Shown one piece after another: positions 61,801 through 64,000 of a stretch of DNA of 64,000 nucleotides. The translations under genes and the position numbers were made by a program. The notes under the pieces were generated by a model. That model worked only from the letters and a program-made list of their open reading frames with translations. It was not told where the DNA came from and made no database searches. Positions within the stretch are counted from its first letter, which is position 1. Each line of letters opens with the position of its first letter. This stretch comes from Macrostomum lignano (Eukaryota): contig NIVC01001787.1 of the NCBI GenBank assembly GCA_002269645.1, positions 31,217 to 95,216 of the forward strand. The letters are read 5' to 3'.

Positions 61801-62860
61801 TTGTATAGGATCCGCCCCTTGTCTGATTTACCTATTGTATAGGATCCGCCCCTTGTCTGATTTACCTATTGTATAGGATCCGCCCCTTGTCTGATTTACC
61901 TATTGTATAGGATCCGCCCTTGTCTGATTTACCTATTGTATAGGATCCGCCCTTGTCTGATTTACCTATTGTATAGGATCCGTCCTTGTCTGATTTACCT
62001 ATTGTATAGGATCCGCCCCTTGTCTGATTTACCTATTGTATAGGATCGCCCCTTGTCTGATTTACCTATTGTATAGGATCCGCCCTTGTCTGATTTACCT
62101 ATTGTATAGGATCCGCCCCTTGTCTGATTTACCTATTGTATAGGATCCGCCCCTTGTCTGATTTACCTATTGTATAGGATCCGTCCTTTGTCTGATTTAC
62201 CTATTGTATAGGATCCGTCCTTTGTCTGATTTACCTATTGTATAGGATCCGCCCCTTGTCTGATTTACCTATTGTATAGGATCCGTCCTTTGTCTGATTT
62301 ACCTATTGTATAGGATCAGCCCCTTGTCTGATTTACCTATTGTATAGGATCCGCCCCTTGTCTGATTTACCTATTGTATAGGATCGCCCCTTGTCTGATT
62401 TACCTATTGTATAGGATCAGCCCCTTGTCTGATTTACCTATTGTATAGGATCCGCCCCTTGTCTGATTTACCTATTGTATAGGATCCGTCCTTTGTCTGA
62501 TTTACCTATTGTATAGGATCAGCCCCTTGTCTGATTTACCTATTGTATAGGATCCGTCCTTTGTCTGATTTACCTATTGTATAGGATCCGTCCTTTGTCT
62601 GATTTACCTATTGTATAGGATCCGTCCCTTGTCTGATTTACCTATTGTATAGGATCCGCCCCTTGTCTGATTTACCTATTGTATAGGATCCGCCCCTTGT
62701 CTGATTTACCTATTGTATAGGATCCGCCCTTGTCTGATTTACCTATTGTATAGGATCCGCCCTTGTCTGATTTACCTATTGTATAGGATCCGCCCTTGTC
62801 TGATTTACCTATTGTATAGGATCCGCCCCTTGCCTCTTTACCTATTGTATAGGATCCACT
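37832..62860. repeat. Giant intronic minisatellite: 30-bp constant core TTGTCTGATTTACCTATTGTATAGGATCCG plus a 2-5 nt variable pyrimidine linker, ~750 copies
   Basis: Uninterrupted tandem array filling ABTB1 intron 37814-62881. Confidence 0.98.
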
Positions 62861-62881
62861 TCTTTATTCTTCTTATCGCAG

Positions 62882-63124
62882 GTGTCAGTTCGCAGTCCGC
62901 GCATCGATTCGGACTCGTTCCGCGCCTCCTGCAGTACCTGTACACCGGCCGCGTGGAGATCCGACTGGATAGACTCGACAGTCTTCTCAGGCTGGCTGAC
63001 AAGACCGAGCTGGAGGAACTGCGGGCCCGGCTGCTGCAGCGACAGTCGGGACTGGACGGGCTGAGAGCTGCCAAGCCCGGGATGCGAGTCACCACCATTG
63101 TGCTGGACCCGGACATGGACCAGC
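62882..63124 (+). CDS. ABTB1: ABTB1 coding exon 2 (rest of BTB1), with an apparent 1-nt deletion at 62925-62926
   Basis: Acceptor tcttatcgcag|62882, phase 0; VSVRSPRIDSDSFRA/LLQYLYTGRVEI...AAKPGMRVTTIVLDP matches ABTB1 across the shift; probable donor gtgggt at 63125. Confidence 0.85.
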
Positions 63125-63147
63125 GTGGGTGGTCACTGAAGTACCGT

Positions 63148-63940
63148 GTATTCACTGAGTGAGCCTCTGCACCATTCACACATTCACTGAGTGAGCCTCT
63201 GCACCATTCACACACATTTACTGAGTGAGCCTCTTGTCCATTCACACACATTTACTGAGTGAGCCTCTTGTCCATTCACACACATTCACTGAGAGAGCTC
63301 TGCACCATTCACACACATTCACTGAGTGAGCCTCTTGCCGATTCACTGAGTGAGCCTCTGCACCATTCACACACATTCACTGAGTGAGCCTCTTGCCCAT
63401 TCACTGAGTGAGCCTCTGCACCATTCACATGCATTCACTGAGTGACCCTCTACACCATTCACACACATTAACTGAGTGAGCCTCTGCACCATTCACACAC
63501 ATTCATTGAGTGAGCCTCTTGCCCATTCACACACATTCACTGAGTGAGCCTCTTGCCCATTCACTGAGTGAGCCTCTGCACCATTCACATGCATTCACTG
63601 AGTGACCCTCTACACCATTCACAACACACATTCACTGAGTGAGCCTCTGCACCATTCATACACATTTACTGAGTGAGCCTCTGCACCATTCACACACATT
63701 CATTGAGTGAGCCTCTGGCCCATTCACATGCATTCACTGAGTGAGCCTCTGGCTATTTCACACGCATTCACTGAGTGAGCCTATGGCTGTTTCACATAAA
63801 TTCACTGAGTGAGGCTCTGGCTATTTCATACACATTCACTGAGTGAGCCTCTGACTATTTCACACACATTCACTGAGTGAGCCTCTGCACCATTCACACA
63901 CATTCACTGAGTGAGCCTCTGCACCAGTCACACGCATTCA
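63148..63940. repeat. Intronic minisatellite, ~26-36 bp unit (CATTCACTGAGTGAGCCTCTGCACCATTCACACA), ~22 copies
   Basis: Tandem units visible in ABTB1 intron 2. Confidence 0.92.
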
Positions 63941-63966
63941 CCGATCGGACGTTTTGTCACTCACAG

Positions 63967-64000
63967 GTGAAACGCGACTTGGCATTCCTAGCGAATCAGG
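63967..64000 (+). CDS. ABTB1: ABTB1 coding exon 3 (start only; runs off the window)
   Basis: Acceptor gtcactcacag|63967; VKRDLAFLANQ resembles the ABTB1 LREDMALLAD segment. Confidence 0.6.
   Translation, partial: MKRDLAFLANQ

Noticed and set aside
37832-62860. CRISPR array (constant ~30-bp repeat with an internal palindrome)
   Set aside because: The inter-repeat sequence is only a 2-5 nt C/T linker, not unique spacers; there are no cas genes; the context is a eukaryotic intron

Overview
Eukaryotic (animal) genomic DNA with GC-rich exons, GT-AG introns and minisatellite-filled introns. This style resembles the flatworm Macrostomum lignano, which is an inference only. Five host genes lie on the + strand: (1) the last two coding exons of FIG4 (SAC-domain PI(3,5)P2 phosphatase); (2) an unnamed single-pass membrane protein with two thrombospondin type-1-like (WxxWxxW...RxRxC) repeats, whose second intron holds a 1282-bp DD34D mariner and a fold-back MITE-like element; (3) hormone-sensitive lipase (LIPE); (4) endoplasmin/GRP94 (HSP90B1), with an ERSE-like promoter motif and its ER-retention signal KEEL on a 15-nt terminal coding exon; (5) ABTB1, whose first intron (25,068 bp) is almost entirely one 32-34 bp minisatellite (~750 copies). 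A near-identical ~9.15-kb tandem duplication (4698-13852 / 13851-23007) copies the TSR gene, the mariner and LIPE exons 1-2. Single-C homopolymer deletions frameshift HSP90B1 and ABTB1 and are probably consensus errors. I found no CRISPR, rRNA or tRNA, and no unambiguous new biological system. The best leads are the intron-specific minisatellites (some carry TF, G4 or splice-like motifs), the layered 25-kb array, the KEEL mini-exon and the TSR receptor.
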